Virus record (IMG/VR): IMGVR_UViG_3300031553_000354
Coordinates: 1 to 64,000 of that record
DNA: 64,000 nt
Strand: one strand, 5' to 3'
Origin: a virus
Position 1 is the first letter of the stretch, and each line of letters starts with the position of its first letter. This document shows, piece after piece, positions 30,421-40,873 of the stretch. The notes beneath the pieces were generated by a model, which searched no databases, was not told the DNA's origin, and saw only the letters and a program-made list of their open reading frames with translations. The translations under genes were made by a program, and so were the position numbers.

Positions 30421-30454
30421 GGGAGCGGGTTAATCAATACTCGCTCCCTCTTAT
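30421..30454 (+). terminator. hairpin after MCP, probable intrinsic terminator
   Basis: GGGAGCGGGT-taatcaat-ACTCGCTCCC followed by a weak U-tract (tcttat). Confidence 0.65.
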
Positions 30455-30481
30455 CAATAAAATGACTGGAGGAAAATAATT

Positions 30482-30949
30482 ATGGCGGAAGATATGAAAC
30501 TTCAAGGAAAAACTATTCAGCTTAATACCCGGCGAGAAGGAACATTCTATGATCCCTTATCAGGAATTCAATTGGATATTTTTGACAAAGGGACATATAA
30601 AACAATTCCTGAAGATATGGAAGAGGAAAAATTAGAAAATATTGAACGAGGACTACAGTTTGGTATTCTATTCTTAAGAGAAAATGCACCAAAAGTTGTT
30701 ATTGAAGATGATGAAAAAAGGAAGCAACTGAGAGAAACGTTAACAATGAGCGTAGATGCAGTAAGGAATAGAATATATAAAATTAATGATCAGAAACTTT
30801 TGGATTTCTTGATGCAAGAAGAAGAAGCCAATAAAAATAGAGTTTCCATCACTAAATTAATAAGACACAGGAAACAAACTTTGGCTGGTGGAAATATAAC
30901 AAGCAGGAAAGAAGCAAAATTCCAAGTTAATAATATCGTAGAGAAATAA
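30482..30949 (+). CDS. hypothetical head-associated protein
   Basis: GGAGG SD; position directly after MCP. Confidence 0.6.
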   Translation: MAEDMKLQGKTIQLNTRREGTFYDPLSGIQLDIFDKGTYKTIPEDMEEEKLENIERGLQFGILFLRENAPKVVIEDDEKRKQLRETLTMSVDAVRNRIYKINDQKLLDFLMQEEEANKNRVSITKLIRHRKQTLAGGNITSRKEAKFQVNNIVEK

Positions 30950-30954
30950 AAAAT

Positions 30955-31815
30955 ATGACCGAAGTATTATCCACGGCCCCAAGTGCTGGTGAAATAGATG
31001 TCCCATTAACTCAAATTGTCGAAATAAAATTCGACGAACCAATGGATCCGTCAACCATAAATGAATTGACGATCTTATTATATTATGGGGATAATCTGGT
31101 TGTTCCCAGCGTAGTCAATTATTCAGGTTCCACAAAAATTGCATATTTGACACCATCAACATATTTACTTCCGAGTACGGAATATGGTGTGATGATAATT
31201 GGGGACTTTGGAGGATTAGGTTCCGGCGTTAGATCGATAGCGGGAGTTGGATTAGCTTCCAACTATTTATTTTCATTTACTACTGCTCCCGAATTGCCGG
31301 AAACTTCGGGTTTATATGTTGCAAATGTCGAATGTTGGATTGATACAACTGGCGTATATGGCACAGGATTATCTTGTAATCCGACTGATGGTTTATTTGA
31401 TTCGGATTGGGAAAATTTTTATGCAAATATTGATATTTCCCCATTGGGCATTGGCGACCATTTAGTTTACGTTCATGGTCAAGATTCGTTTGCCAATTGG
31501 GGAATGATGCAATCAATTCCGTTCACGGCAACATCTGGAAGTTATCAAAGTAGTCATACTCAAACGGATTATGATCCTAATTATGAAGGGCCATTTGTAT
31601 TTGGATTAACTGTGACGCCGACTCCTACGGCTGGTGCACCAACGCTCAGTCTTGTTGGAACTGCTACCACAAGGACGGCCTATTGGGAACCTCCAGTAGA
31701 GCCAGAAACTGAACGAAGTGGATATTTACAAATACAATCTGTAAGTCCAGAAGAATACGATAGCCAAGTTTCACCATATGTTTCAATAACAATTATATTC
31801 AGTGATAATTTGTAA
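30955..31815 (+). CDS. Ig-like (Big_5-type) virion protein
   Basis: VLSTAPSAGEIDVP...IKFDEPMDPSTIN...FSFTT. Ends with the first strands of a second Ig domain. Confidence 0.8.
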   Translation: MTEVLSTAPSAGEIDVPLTQIVEIKFDEPMDPSTINELTILLYYGDNLVVPSVVNYSGSTKIAYLTPSTYLLPSTEYGVMIIGDFGGLGSGVRSIAGVGLASNYLFSFTTAPELPETSGLYVANVECWIDTTGVYGTGLSCNPTDGLFDSDWENFYANIDISPLGIGDHLVYVHGQDSFANWGMMQSIPFTATSGSYQSSHTQTDYDPNYEGPFVFGLTVTPTPTAGAPTLSLVGTATTRTAYWEPPVEPETERSGYLQIQSVSPEEYDSQVSPYVSITIIFSDNL

Positions 31816-31817
31816 TC

Positions 31818-32144
31818 ATGAATAATAACGAATTAGATGTAATTTTATCGAAGCTTAATGATCTTAAGGATTATACGACCGAAAAGATCGATCAACTTAA
31901 AGAATTTTATACAGATGCCAGACTTAACATGCGAGGGGACATTGCAGAGATTAAAAAATCCAATGATGACTTATCAGAACAATTGAATACATATATGTTT
32001 AATCATCAGAAGCATCACAATAAAATTCTTAAATGGCAAACTAAAATTATAATTGCCATTGCCATAATTGGATTTCTTGCGTCAATTGGAAATCCTTATG
32101 TATTGCCAATAATTATGAAACTTATTTTTGGAATAGCAATATAA
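31818..32144 (+). CDS. holin-like / XhlA-like membrane protein
   Basis: N-terminal coiled coil plus C-terminal hydrophobic IIIAIAIIGFLASIG...IIMKLIFGIAI. Confidence 0.55.
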   Translation: MNNNELDVILSKLNDLKDYTTEKIDQLKEFYTDARLNMRGDIAEIKKSNDDLSEQLNTYMFNHQKHHNKILKWQTKIIIAIAIIGFLASIGNPYVLPIIMKLIFGIAI

Positions 32145-32149
32145 TATCT

Positions 32150-32905
32150 ATGAATTACCAAGATTATATATCAATCAAACAGTATGGTGTTTTGACGGGA
32201 ATTTATGAGAATGATGTTTCCGGAACATTTTCCCTCGTTGGAAGCATTGTCACATTTACACCTGCTTGCCCGTGGTCATATAATAAAGAAATACACATTA
32301 TTGTTGAAGCGGGTTTAGAAGGCGCAAGTACAAATGCTTTGCAATCTGATTATGAAAGCATTTTTACCACCACATTCTATCCAATGTATTCCAGCGCCAT
32401 ACTTGTAAAAATGACTGGTGGCGCCTTGTTGGATTCTATGAAGGAAGATCCAATTAATAGACTCATCCTTGAGCATTCAATCATAATGCAAAATTTGTGG
32501 TATGAGGATATTGATGATTGTGACATTCCCTGGTTTATTACTCGGTATATTACTTGTAAAGTTGCATATGAGATATTATCCGGAAATATTCAGCAATATG
32601 TTGGAACTGCAATATCAAAACGGCTGGGCGATTTTGAAATTGAAGGAATTCGAGATGTGCCGGGTCTTGTCAGACCCAAATTGCAAGAATTAGATGCTTG
32701 TATTTCTTCAACTATGGCTTTTATCTTGAATCAGGGTAGTTTGCATGCTTCTCCAAAATGGAGCGCTAGGGCAAAACAGGCTCTTGAATCAACTGCACAT
32801 CTCAATAGAGTTCCATTTAGACAGCCAAGTACAAGAGATATGAAAGATATTAGTTCAGAAAAATACTACACAGATGGTGCAGGTCCTAAGCGCCTGCGAT
32901 TCTAA
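32150..32905 (+). CDS. neck / head-tail adaptor with N-terminal partial Ig domain
   Basis: N-terminus IVTFTP...YESIFTT; C-terminus YITCKVAY...SKRLGDFEI, an adaptor-like pattern. Confidence 0.6.
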   Translation: MNYQDYISIKQYGVLTGIYENDVSGTFSLVGSIVTFTPACPWSYNKEIHIIVEAGLEGASTNALQSDYESIFTTTFYPMYSSAILVKMTGGALLDSMKEDPINRLILEHSIIMQNLWYEDIDDCDIPWFITRYITCKVAYEILSGNIQQYVGTAISKRLGDFEIEGIRDVPGLVRPKLQELDACISSTMAFILNQGSLHASPKWSARAKQALESTAHLNRVPFRQPSTRDMKDISSEKYYTDGAGPKRLRF

Positions 32906-32917
32906 GAAAGAAATAAT

Positions 32918-33430
32918 ATGTTTACAAGATATAGTTCACGATACCATCCATTTAAACAATTTAAAGCGGGATTAATCAATTTACGTGCTGAATTGAAGAA
33001 ACTTTTTGAAATTGATAAAACTGCGCATTGGGTGATTTTAAGGCAATTTGATAAAACCAAGAAAACTGAACATTGGAATGAATTAACTCAGGAAGCGGTT
33101 GGGGGTCCCGCATGGGAATATAGTGATCAGTTAATTCTTGCTAGGAAATCTTCGGGTAGGCAAGTTTTTTTCCCAGGAAGTCAAGAAGCATTCATTCCAA
33201 TGGGATTAATGGATAACACTGGATATAGATTTTATTTGACTTCTGATATTATACCGCATTTGGATGATGTAATTTATGAAATTGAATATCAAGGAAATAA
33301 AAAACCAACTATTATTGATTTACCATTTGTAGCTAAATGGAATATCATAACTATAGTACCTATGCGTGACCAGGAATATGGCCGCATAGAATACTTTATA
33401 TGTTTCGTAGAATCTGAAAAACATAAATAA
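32918..33430 (+). CDS. putative head-closure protein
   Basis: Position, plus PMRDQEYGRIEY C-terminus. Confidence 0.55.
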   Translation: MFTRYSSRYHPFKQFKAGLINLRAELKKLFEIDKTAHWVILRQFDKTKKTEHWNELTQEAVGGPAWEYSDQLILARKSSGRQVFFPGSQEAFIPMGLMDNTGYRFYLTSDIIPHLDDVIYEIEYQGNKKPTIIDLPFVAKWNIITIVPMRDQEYGRIEYFICFVESEKHK

Positions 33431-33446
33431 AAAAGGACTTTATCCT

Positions 33447-34139
33447 ATGAGTTATAGAGAATATTTATATAATTTTTTAGTTAAACCGATATTATCAGAC
33501 GAAGCTCTCACCACAACACAAGCTGCAAATATTATTGATCCGGGACGTTTGCGACTTGGTCAAAGTGGGGGAATTCATGATTTTTTTGCGATTTTCTATT
33601 CTATTATGAAACTAGATTCTCCAACTATTGTAACGTGCCCAGCATATCCGGACACGATTATACAGAATAAAAACTTTAATCCTAGTTTGGATAATCCGGT
33701 TCCAAAAATACCTGCAATGATCACTTGGAAAGTTGTTCGAAGGGCTCCTGCAGCGATCCGGGGGAAGCCATTCAATTCACAACGACAAATGAGACCGCGG
33801 GTAATGGAAGAGATTGCAAAAAATGAAAGATATTCTTATATGTCATCTGTAATTCAAGATTTTGATAATATTGTGCAATTTGATTGCTGGGAAAAAACCC
33901 ACTATCAAGCGGAAATTCTGGCTGATTACATTGAACATAGCATGGTTATTTATGCTCCACTATTCAAAGAATTTGGAGTCAAAGAAGTGTTTTTCAGTGA
34001 AAGGCCGGAAGATGAAATATTAAGAGATTTTAAAATTCCAGTAATCCCAATGCGCTACTACGTAAAAACTGAAACTATATATAAATTAGAACAACATAAA
34101 ATTGAAGAAGTAAGATTAAAATTAACTACCAATTCGTAA
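33447..34139 (+). CDS. putative tail terminator / neck protein
   Basis: Immediately before the sheath; PAMITWKVV, FDNIVQFDCW. Confidence 0.55.
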   Translation: MSYREYLYNFLVKPILSDEALTTTQAANIIDPGRLRLGQSGGIHDFFAIFYSIMKLDSPTIVTCPAYPDTIIQNKNFNPSLDNPVPKIPAMITWKVVRRAPAAIRGKPFNSQRQMRPRVMEEIAKNERYSYMSSVIQDFDNIVQFDCWEKTHYQAEILADYIEHSMVIYAPLFKEFGVKEVFFSERPEDEILRDFKIPVIPMRYYVKTETIYKLEQHKIEEVRLKLTTNS

Positions 34140-34155
34140 TAAGGAGGTTTGATTA

Positions 34156-36873
34156 ATGCCTTTTAACGATAGCTCGCTGAATCGAATAGGTTCGAATCTA
34201 ATCGATTTCAATCTTCGAGTTACTGCTCAGGCTGATATTGGAAAGAGTTTGTTGATTATCGGCACATCTAGCGATGGCCCAGTTAATGTTCCAGTTAGAA
34301 TAGCTGAAATAGGTGGACTAGGTGTCGCAGTTGATGTGTTTGGTGACGTTAGCAAAGGTTCTCTTTTACACACAGCCATGGAAGCTAATCGTGCGAACAG
34401 GCGCGCAAAAGATATCCGTCTCATGAGAATTAGTAATGGAAATCAAGCAGAATTATGCTTTAAGGAAGTTACTATTTCTGGTGAATATGGGACATCTCCT
34501 CCAGCGAAAAGTGTTGACGAGGAATCTTATTATTGCACATCAGTTCCAGCAATTCAAATGGTAGACGTGCTATGTTTAACTGCAAAATATCCGGGCCAGA
34601 TTTATAATCAGGTTTCGGTCAGAGCTGAAACAGGTGATGGCGATTTACATCCGGCATCTCAATATGTCGTGATTTATAATCCGAAAACCGCGAAGGAATC
34701 TTGGTTTTCTTACAATTATGTGGATTTCGACGCAATTGTTGATTGCCACACCGTTGAAGATTTAGCTAGTGCTATTAATGCTGATTCGAATTTGAATAGC
34801 ATAATTACAGCAACAGTTAAAGATCTGAGAGCAATTTTTGAGCTCACCGTTTCTGATCCAACTGACCCAGCAAACACCAGATGTGATAGGGGCATTTCGT
34901 ATGACAGTAATGGATATTTAAAGATTCAACTTAGCGAAATAACTCCAGTGTTTTATAATGACAATGCGAACTGTTGTATAGCGAATGTTACCACCACTGG
35001 TGGAACATGCAACGTGCCTACGGCTGGTGATTTGATTGTGCAATTTAATGAGCTTTATGAGATTCGCGAATACAAAGAATCAAATAAAACGCTTAAAGGA
35101 TTTACTAACTGCATTCTTGATCACATTCCTGTAAAAGGTGTTGCTACAATTCCAACAACTACTCTGATTAAATATCGGAGTCTTACCGATAATGAATATG
35201 CAACTCCGCAAATTGTGTTGCATTATCGAGGAATTGTTATAGCAACTATAACTGATACGGGAACTTTGGCTTTTGAATTTGCATCTGAAATTTGTCCAGA
35301 CGATGGTCGTGTAACTGACCTTTATTGTGATGCGACCGACAGCATGTATAGAATGAATCATGCACAAGTTGGTGCTGATCGCTCTAATGTTCAATTGGAT
35401 GATCTTCAAAGTTCATTTCATTTGTATGGAACAAAAAGTAGTTTGAAATATGAAATTCCATCTGGATATTACAAATGCGATTATGATTATGCGAATGAAA
35501 TAGTCACTGTGACTTTTTGTTCCGGAGACGTTTTGCCCGCAGTTGGAACTATATTAAGTTGCGATTATGATTCTTGTATCGAAGATTTGTCGTCAGAAGC
35601 TGGTACTTTGACCGCTTGTTTGAACAGCAATGATTGGCACACATGGTTTGTGAGCGGAAAGACACTAACATTCGGTAAATCTCTTCCTGGAAATGCGTCT
35701 TTTAGATATAGATACAAAAATAAATTAGAAGAGGGAGCCGATTTTGTTATTACAAGTTCGACTGGAAGAAAGAATGACGTCATTCAATTCACAAGTTTCG
35801 AAACTCAGCCAGATCTGAGTGGAGCTATGGACACTTCCGGAATATTGCTTGGATTTGATTATATTTATCTTCCGGAATGGATAGATGTCGGCGCAGTTGA
35901 AACACTCACCGGTGGCACGAATGGAATCGATATGAACAATTTTGAGAAATATGAAGTTTTGAATGAAGCTCTTGAAGTTATTCAAGATTATCCAGTGTCG
36001 TATATAGTTTTGGCTGGAATGTATTTCGATGATATCAAAACAGTATACGATCCGGAAACCGGCACACCATTGGAAACTAGTGCTGGATTTCATACATTAC
36101 TTCATAATCATCTTGAGGAATTAACAGGATCGACAAGCGAAACCATTGGAATTATGTCGGTTAAACCCGCTGATGGAAATACTCCTGCAGATATCAAAGC
36201 TTGGGTTGAAAAACTCACAGTAACAGATGCTAGTGATCCGAATCGGGCAGCTAATATCTTATCGAGCTTTGGAAGTAAATATATGACCATTGTTGCTGGA
36301 GAATTAATTTTCTCCAATGAAGCGGCATATATTCCTTATGCAAATACTGCTGACGGCTTGTATGGAGGTTTGCTTTCTGCATTGCCAGTAAACACGGCTC
36401 CGAGCAATAAGACAGTATTTGGGGTAACAAATGTAAGATATTTGATGTCCGGCGGAGAAAATGGCCAATTGGATCGATTGACAAAAGCCAGATTGGTAAC
36501 ATTTAGACAAAAACAGGATGGCGATATTGCAATCGTTTCCGGAATTACTGCGGCACCATCAGGAAGTGATTACCAACGTGAAATGACCAGAAACACCGTG
36601 TTTGAATCGATGGCATTGATCCGTGCGGTTTGCGAACCATTTTTGGGCGAAGGTAATAGTCCACAAATTCGAGCTGCTATGGAAACTGCCATTAATTCAG
36701 CACTTCAAAAAATGGTTGAAATGAATCCCCCAGCTCTTAGAGAATATGATTTTACTATAAGATCTACCGCTGCTGATCAAGTATTAGGAATTTTAAACAT
36801 TGATCTCGTGCTCGTTCCTGTGTTCGAGCTCAGAGAGATTCGCGTAACTGTAAAGTTGCAAACTGAATTATAA
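34156..36873 (+). CDS. contractile tail sheath protein with large insertion
   Basis: IIGTSSDGPVNVPV, LTAKYPG, LTGGTNG, C-terminal sheath domain PFLGEGN...LVPVFELREIRVTV. Confidence 0.9.
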   Translation: MPFNDSSLNRIGSNLIDFNLRVTAQADIGKSLLIIGTSSDGPVNVPVRIAEIGGLGVAVDVFGDVSKGSLLHTAMEANRANRRAKDIRLMRISNGNQAELCFKEVTISGEYGTSPPAKSVDEESYYCTSVPAIQMVDVLCLTAKYPGQIYNQVSVRAETGDGDLHPASQYVVIYNPKTAKESWFSYNYVDFDAIVDCHTVEDLASAINADSNLNSIITATVKDLRAIFELTVSDPTDPANTRCDRGISYDSNGYLKIQLSEITPVFYNDNANCCIANVTTTGGTCNVPTAGDLIVQFNELYEIREYKESNKTLKGFTNCILDHIPVKGVATIPTTTLIKYRSLTDNEYATPQIVLHYRGIVIATITDTGTLAFEFASEICPDDGRVTDLYCDATDSMYRMNHAQVGADRSNVQLDDLQSSFHLYGTKSSLKYEIPSGYYKCDYDYANEIVTVTFCSGDVLPAVGTILSCDYDSCIEDLSSEAGTLTACLNSNDWHTWFVSGKTLTFGKSLPGNASFRYRYKNKLEEGADFVITSSTGRKNDVIQFTSFETQPDLSGAMDTSGILLGFDYIYLPEWIDVGAVETLTGGTNGIDMNNFEKYEVLNEALEVIQDYPVSYIVLAGMYFDDIKTVYDPETGTPLETSAGFHTLLHNHLEELTGSTSETIGIMSVKPADGNTPADIKAWVEKLTVTDASDPNRAANILSSFGSKYMTIVAGELIFSNEAAYIPYANTADGLYGGLLSALPVNTAPSNKTVFGVTNVRYLMSGGENGQLDRLTKARLVTFRQKQDGDIAIVSGITAAPSGSDYQREMTRNTVFESMALIRAVCEPFLGEGNSPQIRAAMETAINSALQKMVEMNPPALREYDFTIRSTAADQVLGILNIDLVLVPVFELREIRVTVKLQTEL

Positions 36874-36891
36874 TAAGGAGGTTAATAAATT

Positions 36892-37545
36892 ATGCCAGTT
36901 GGATTAGAAACTAGTTCAGTAACACGCACATACACGACTTTCACGGGCGCGGATCTTAAAGCAGTCTTCCATAATATCGTAATTGCCGAACTCATCGGCA
37001 TTTCCTATACTATTACTAGGGAAATTGCTCCTATCTATACCTGTGGCAATCCAGATCCCAGAAGCTTTAGCAAAGGCAAAAGGGGAATAGCTGGAACTAT
37101 GGTGATGCATAATTTTGATAGACATGCATTGCGGCGCATCATGGATAAAGCAATTTACGTAGCCAAAAATGACGATTTTCAGAGTATAGGTTGGAAACCA
37201 GTAGATGAGATTAGCGGAGTTGCTGATGAAGGAAGATTGGGAGTCAGGCTTGCAAATCCAATATATGTTGATCAAATTCCGCCATTTGATATCACTATCA
37301 CATATGTGAATGAAGTGGGACAAATGGCAACTGAGAGATTGCTGGCGGTGCAAATTCTGAATGAAGGTCATGGAATTTCTATTGACGATTTAACGAATGA
37401 AACCAATATGACCTTTGTGTGCAGACACGTTCAGGGTATGATACCGGCGGAAACCGTTAGCCCGTCAACTCAAGACCTGGAAAGGCCTAATTACAGCCCT
37501 TGGGAAAATTTGGGAACTGAGGCATTTAAAGGTCCTGGAGCGTAA
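36892..37545 (+). CDS. tail tube protein
   Basis: Follows the sheath; FTGADL, ISYTITRE, GKRGIAGTMV, DQIPPFDITI. Confidence 0.8.
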   Translation: MPVGLETSSVTRTYTTFTGADLKAVFHNIVIAELIGISYTITREIAPIYTCGNPDPRSFSKGKRGIAGTMVMHNFDRHALRRIMDKAIYVAKNDDFQSIGWKPVDEISGVADEGRLGVRLANPIYVDQIPPFDITITYVNEVGQMATERLLAVQILNEGHGISIDDLTNETNMTFVCRHVQGMIPAETVSPSTQDLERPNYSPWENLGTEAFKGPGA

Positions 37546-37600
37546 CTATTTGGAGGTATTGTGATAAAAAGAAGAAACATTTCATAGCCCTCCAGCCAAA

Positions 37601-37639
37601 GTTGCAGGGGGGGCTAATTTCCCACAGCCCCTCTGCAAC
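37601..37639 (+). terminator. GC-rich hairpin after tail tube gene
   Basis: GTTGCAGGGGGGGCT-aatttcccac-AGCCCCTCTGCAAC, with no clear U-tract. Confidence 0.55.
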
Positions 37640-37684
37640 TGAAATAAAATTATGAAAAAAATGGTTTAAAAAATATAATAATTT

Positions 37685-38563
37685 ATGAAAACACAACGAA
37701 GACAATATGGAAAAGTAGGGAACTTAAATCCTGCATCATATGGATCGCCCCAATCTATAACTACATTTACCGGAGCGGATATTACAGCGGTTGCATATAT
37801 TCATGATCAACTCAAAGTATTGGGCGAATTGCAAACAATTTCGTATTCAATTCACCGGGAAAAAAGCGCTGTTATGCTTTTAGGAAGAATAGATCCGCCA
37901 TGTTTTACCCGGGGACCAAGAACCATAGCTGGATCATTGATTTTCACAGTTTTTGAGCGGGAAGTATTAGAGGAACTTATTAATACATATCCAGACGATA
38001 CCGTCGATAATGATTTCAGTACGATCTTATTGGATCAGATTCCCCCATTTGATGTAACAATTTCATTTATGAATGAAGATGGATATTTATCTTCCATGGT
38101 TATTTATGGATTAGAAATCGTTGATGATGGGCAAGTTATGTCAATCAACGATATGATTATAGAGAATGTCAAATCATATAAAGCTCGCGGCATCGATCTG
38201 ATGTATAAAAAGTCTGGAGGAGTTTGGACTCCGGCCAGAAAATTCAATCCGTCTGCTCGATTTGAATCTCTGAATCCAATGAAAGTCAGGAACATCGAAG
38301 GAGATTATACAAAATATATTGAAGAATTACAAGGCCAAATTGATGATTTATATGCACAAACGATAGTGTTTAGTTCTGAAAATGCCAAACTTGAACTTAC
38401 AGAAGGAAATCAAAATAAAATCGACGCAAATAAATTAGAAATTGCGAAGTTGGAAGCTCAAATTGAAGATTTAAAAAGAGAAAAGAAGTCTATGGAAATT
38501 AAACTTGGAATTGAAAAAAGGAGGGAAGATTTGGGACTATTGGGAACGAGCCGGTCTTTGTAA
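37685..38563 (+). CDS. tail tube paralog 2 with C-terminal coiled coil
   Basis: FTGADI, ISYSIHRE, RGPRTIAGSL, DQIPPFDVTI; clear paralog of 36892. Confidence 0.8.
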   Translation: MKTQRRQYGKVGNLNPASYGSPQSITTFTGADITAVAYIHDQLKVLGELQTISYSIHREKSAVMLLGRIDPPCFTRGPRTIAGSLIFTVFEREVLEELINTYPDDTVDNDFSTILLDQIPPFDVTISFMNEDGYLSSMVIYGLEIVDDGQVMSINDMIIENVKSYKARGIDLMYKKSGGVWTPARKFNPSARFESLNPMKVRNIEGDYTKYIEELQGQIDDLYAQTIVFSSENAKLELTEGNQNKIDANKLEIAKLEAQIEDLKREKKSMEIKLGIEKRREDLGLLGTSRSL

Positions 38564-38596
38564 ATTTATAACTTATTCATATTCAACGATTTATTA

Positions 38597-38638
38597 GGTG
38601 GATACAAATTTTGGTATCCGCCATTTTTTATTCTTTTT
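38597..38638 (+). terminator. Rho-independent terminator
   Basis: GGTGGATAC-aaattttg-GTATCCGCC followed by ATTTTTTATTCTTTTT. Confidence 0.75.
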
Positions 38639-38688
38639 GTGGGGAATTTGGTAATTTTGATAAATAATATTCATTAGAGGTATAAATC

Positions 38689-40011
38689 ATGACTAATATC
38701 TATAAATCTGGAGAGACCAAATCATCCGTTGATATAACCAGCGAACGCAAGTTCGAACTTAGCCAAATTCAACTTCGTCAACTTCGAAAAATGCGTGAAT
38801 ATTACACCGAATTCTATTCTGGACAGCAAGTTCAAGTATATATCAATGATGTTCTTCTTGATTTGGTAGCTATTGGTTGGAATGCTACACAAAATAAAAT
38901 GCCAGTATATGGATTTGCGTCGCAAATTTATGATGCAGTTGCAGAAGGAACTTTTCTTATTAATGGAGAATTCACTCTTGCATTTAAAGATGTTGCGATG
39001 ATGCATTTCATTAGTCGGCATATTAAGGGACAAGAATATGACGCTGAAACTCATGCGGCAAACATTAAAAAATTGAGAGCACTTCCTAGTGCCTCGGTCA
39101 TATATGAAATGGGACCAGGATCCATTGGACTTACGCCAGTAGTTGCTCGAACTCAAGAACTTACAGTAGACGAAGAAGGAAATGTTGTGTCTGATGGAAC
39201 CAAAGGCAAGATATATGTATCAAAAAATAGGATAGAAGATCTATTTGGCGGATCAGATAATTTTGATGACTTATGTGATGCATTAGAAGATTCTATTTGG
39301 GGAATCGGGGATTATTATAAAAACAAATATAAAAGGGCGGACGAAACCGATAAAGAACAGAAACATGATTCATATGGAATAAGTCATGATGTTGCAGGAA
39401 AAGGATTTAATTTGTTGATAACTTATGGAAATCCAAATAATTCCGAATCTGAACACACAATGAAAGTTCTAAATGACGTGCATATTCTGAGCAGCGCCCA
39501 ATCTATAGATCCGAATGCCGGATTTATTATTGAAACTTTTTCATTCTTTGCAAGAAATATGGATCAGCCCGCATCCAATTATAAGGGATTCGATAAGCCA
39601 AATATTCCTACTGATAGAATTGGAAGAAATGCAACTGTTCTTAGCTTTACAATTCCTCTTACTACATTTGACCATTGCAATAGGAAATTTTTTGAAGAAC
39701 CAACAAGTATGGTTTTATCCATAAAAGATAAAATTCGAACTTTGACGAATGAAGACAAGAATGCATTAACTTATTATGTAAAATCGGAAATATTAATTCC
39801 AAGCGATTGGATTACTGATAGTGTCGAAAATGAGACTAGAATTATTGAAAAAGGTCCAATTGTTAGAAAAAATCTCCTCAATTATTTTGCCAGCAAAATA
39901 CATGAAATTATCAAATCTGCAGCGGGGGCAACAGATACTACTTTTTCCTTCGTTACTAATACATCTTCATCTCTCAAAGAAAATTTTGTTATTAACTTTA
40001 TGGTCGAATAA
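38689..40011 (+). CDS. tube-fold protein (paralog 3, tube initiator-like)
   Basis: FYSGQQV, PVYGFASQIYDAVAEG, GFNLLITYG, ETFSFFARN. Confidence 0.65.
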   Translation: MTNIYKSGETKSSVDITSERKFELSQIQLRQLRKMREYYTEFYSGQQVQVYINDVLLDLVAIGWNATQNKMPVYGFASQIYDAVAEGTFLINGEFTLAFKDVAMMHFISRHIKGQEYDAETHAANIKKLRALPSASVIYEMGPGSIGLTPVVARTQELTVDEEGNVVSDGTKGKIYVSKNRIEDLFGGSDNFDDLCDALEDSIWGIGDYYKNKYKRADETDKEQKHDSYGISHDVAGKGFNLLITYGNPNNSESEHTMKVLNDVHILSSAQSIDPNAGFIIETFSFFARNMDQPASNYKGFDKPNIPTDRIGRNATVLSFTIPLTTFDHCNRKFFEEPTSMVLSIKDKIRTLTNEDKNALTYYVKSEILIPSDWITDSVENETRIIEKGPIVRKNLLNYFASKIHEIIKSAAGATDTTFSFVTNTSSSLKENFVINFMVE

Positions 40012-40589
40012 TGCCGGATAGAATCGCAGAGCTTCAAAAAAAGTATAAAGATATTTATTTATTGAATTTGCGCGATAAGACTTATATCTTTAGGGACCCA
40101 ACTTTAGATGAATGGATGAGATTGGAAAAATTTGAATTTTCAAAACTAAATGCCAGCTCATATTTGGTTGAAACTTTATTGCTTTATCCTCCAAAAGAAA
40201 ATTTATTGGCTGGGGAAATTTTATCATTGGGAAATGAAATTTATAAAGTTGCTTCTAAATTTGCAGATGATAACATAATTGCAAAATCCCTTGATACAAT
40301 ATCAAGAGATTTAGATAGTGGAGATAGCATAGAGAGCGTTGTCATGGTTATTTGTTCTGCATTCCCATCTTATAAGCCCGAAGATATATATGAATTTAAT
40401 TTCGATAGGTTAATGACAAGGTTGGCTCAGGCTAAAAAGATTCTTTCTCCCACAGAAGCTCCTGGGACTTTATCTTCACAGACGATGGGAATTGATGCAT
40501 CGAGAAATAATTTGCAAGCTGAATTAGCAAAGCATAGACAAGAAATAAAAAAATTCAAACCATTTAAAGATTCGAAAAAGGGGGAATGA
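40011..40589 (+). CDS. tail assembly chaperone-like protein (long form)
   Basis: ELQKKYKDIY...YIFRDPTLDEW...LLYP...AG; C-terminal ICSAFPSYKPEDI. Confidence 0.55.
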   Translation: MPDRIAELQKKYKDIYLLNLRDKTYIFRDPTLDEWMRLEKFEFSKLNASSYLVETLLLYPPKENLLAGEILSLGNEIYKVASKFADDNIIAKSLDTISRDLDSGDSIESVVMVICSAFPSYKPEDIYEFNFDRLMTRLAQAKKILSPTEAPGTLSSQTMGIDASRNNLQAELAKHRQEIKKFKPFKDSKKGE

Positions 40590-40590
40590 G

Positions 40591-40860
40591 ATGAGTTTTC
40601 AGAAATGTCATGGATGTGGAGGGAAAGGATATGTGATACTAAAAGATAAAGATGGGAATGAAATCATGAATAAATGTGTAATTTGCAATGGCGCGGGTGT
40701 AGTTCTCATTCCTAAGATTCGGACTCCATGGGAATGTCCTCATGATTCAAATGGAACGCCAGCTTATCCTAATGTTCAGTTTAGTGCAAATGATGTGATA
40801 AATTGGGGACTTTGCGATCTATATGGTGCAAATGCCTACGTCCAGATGCCAATGCGATAA
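40591..40860 (+). CDS. small DnaJ-type Zn-finger protein
   Basis: CHGCGGKG and CVICNGAG. Confidence 0.6.
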   Translation: MSFQKCHGCGGKGYVILKDKDGNEIMNKCVICNGAGVVLIPKIRTPWECPHDSNGTPAYPNVQFSANDVINWGLCDLYGANAYVQMPMR

Positions 40861-40873
40861 AGGAGACGAAATT

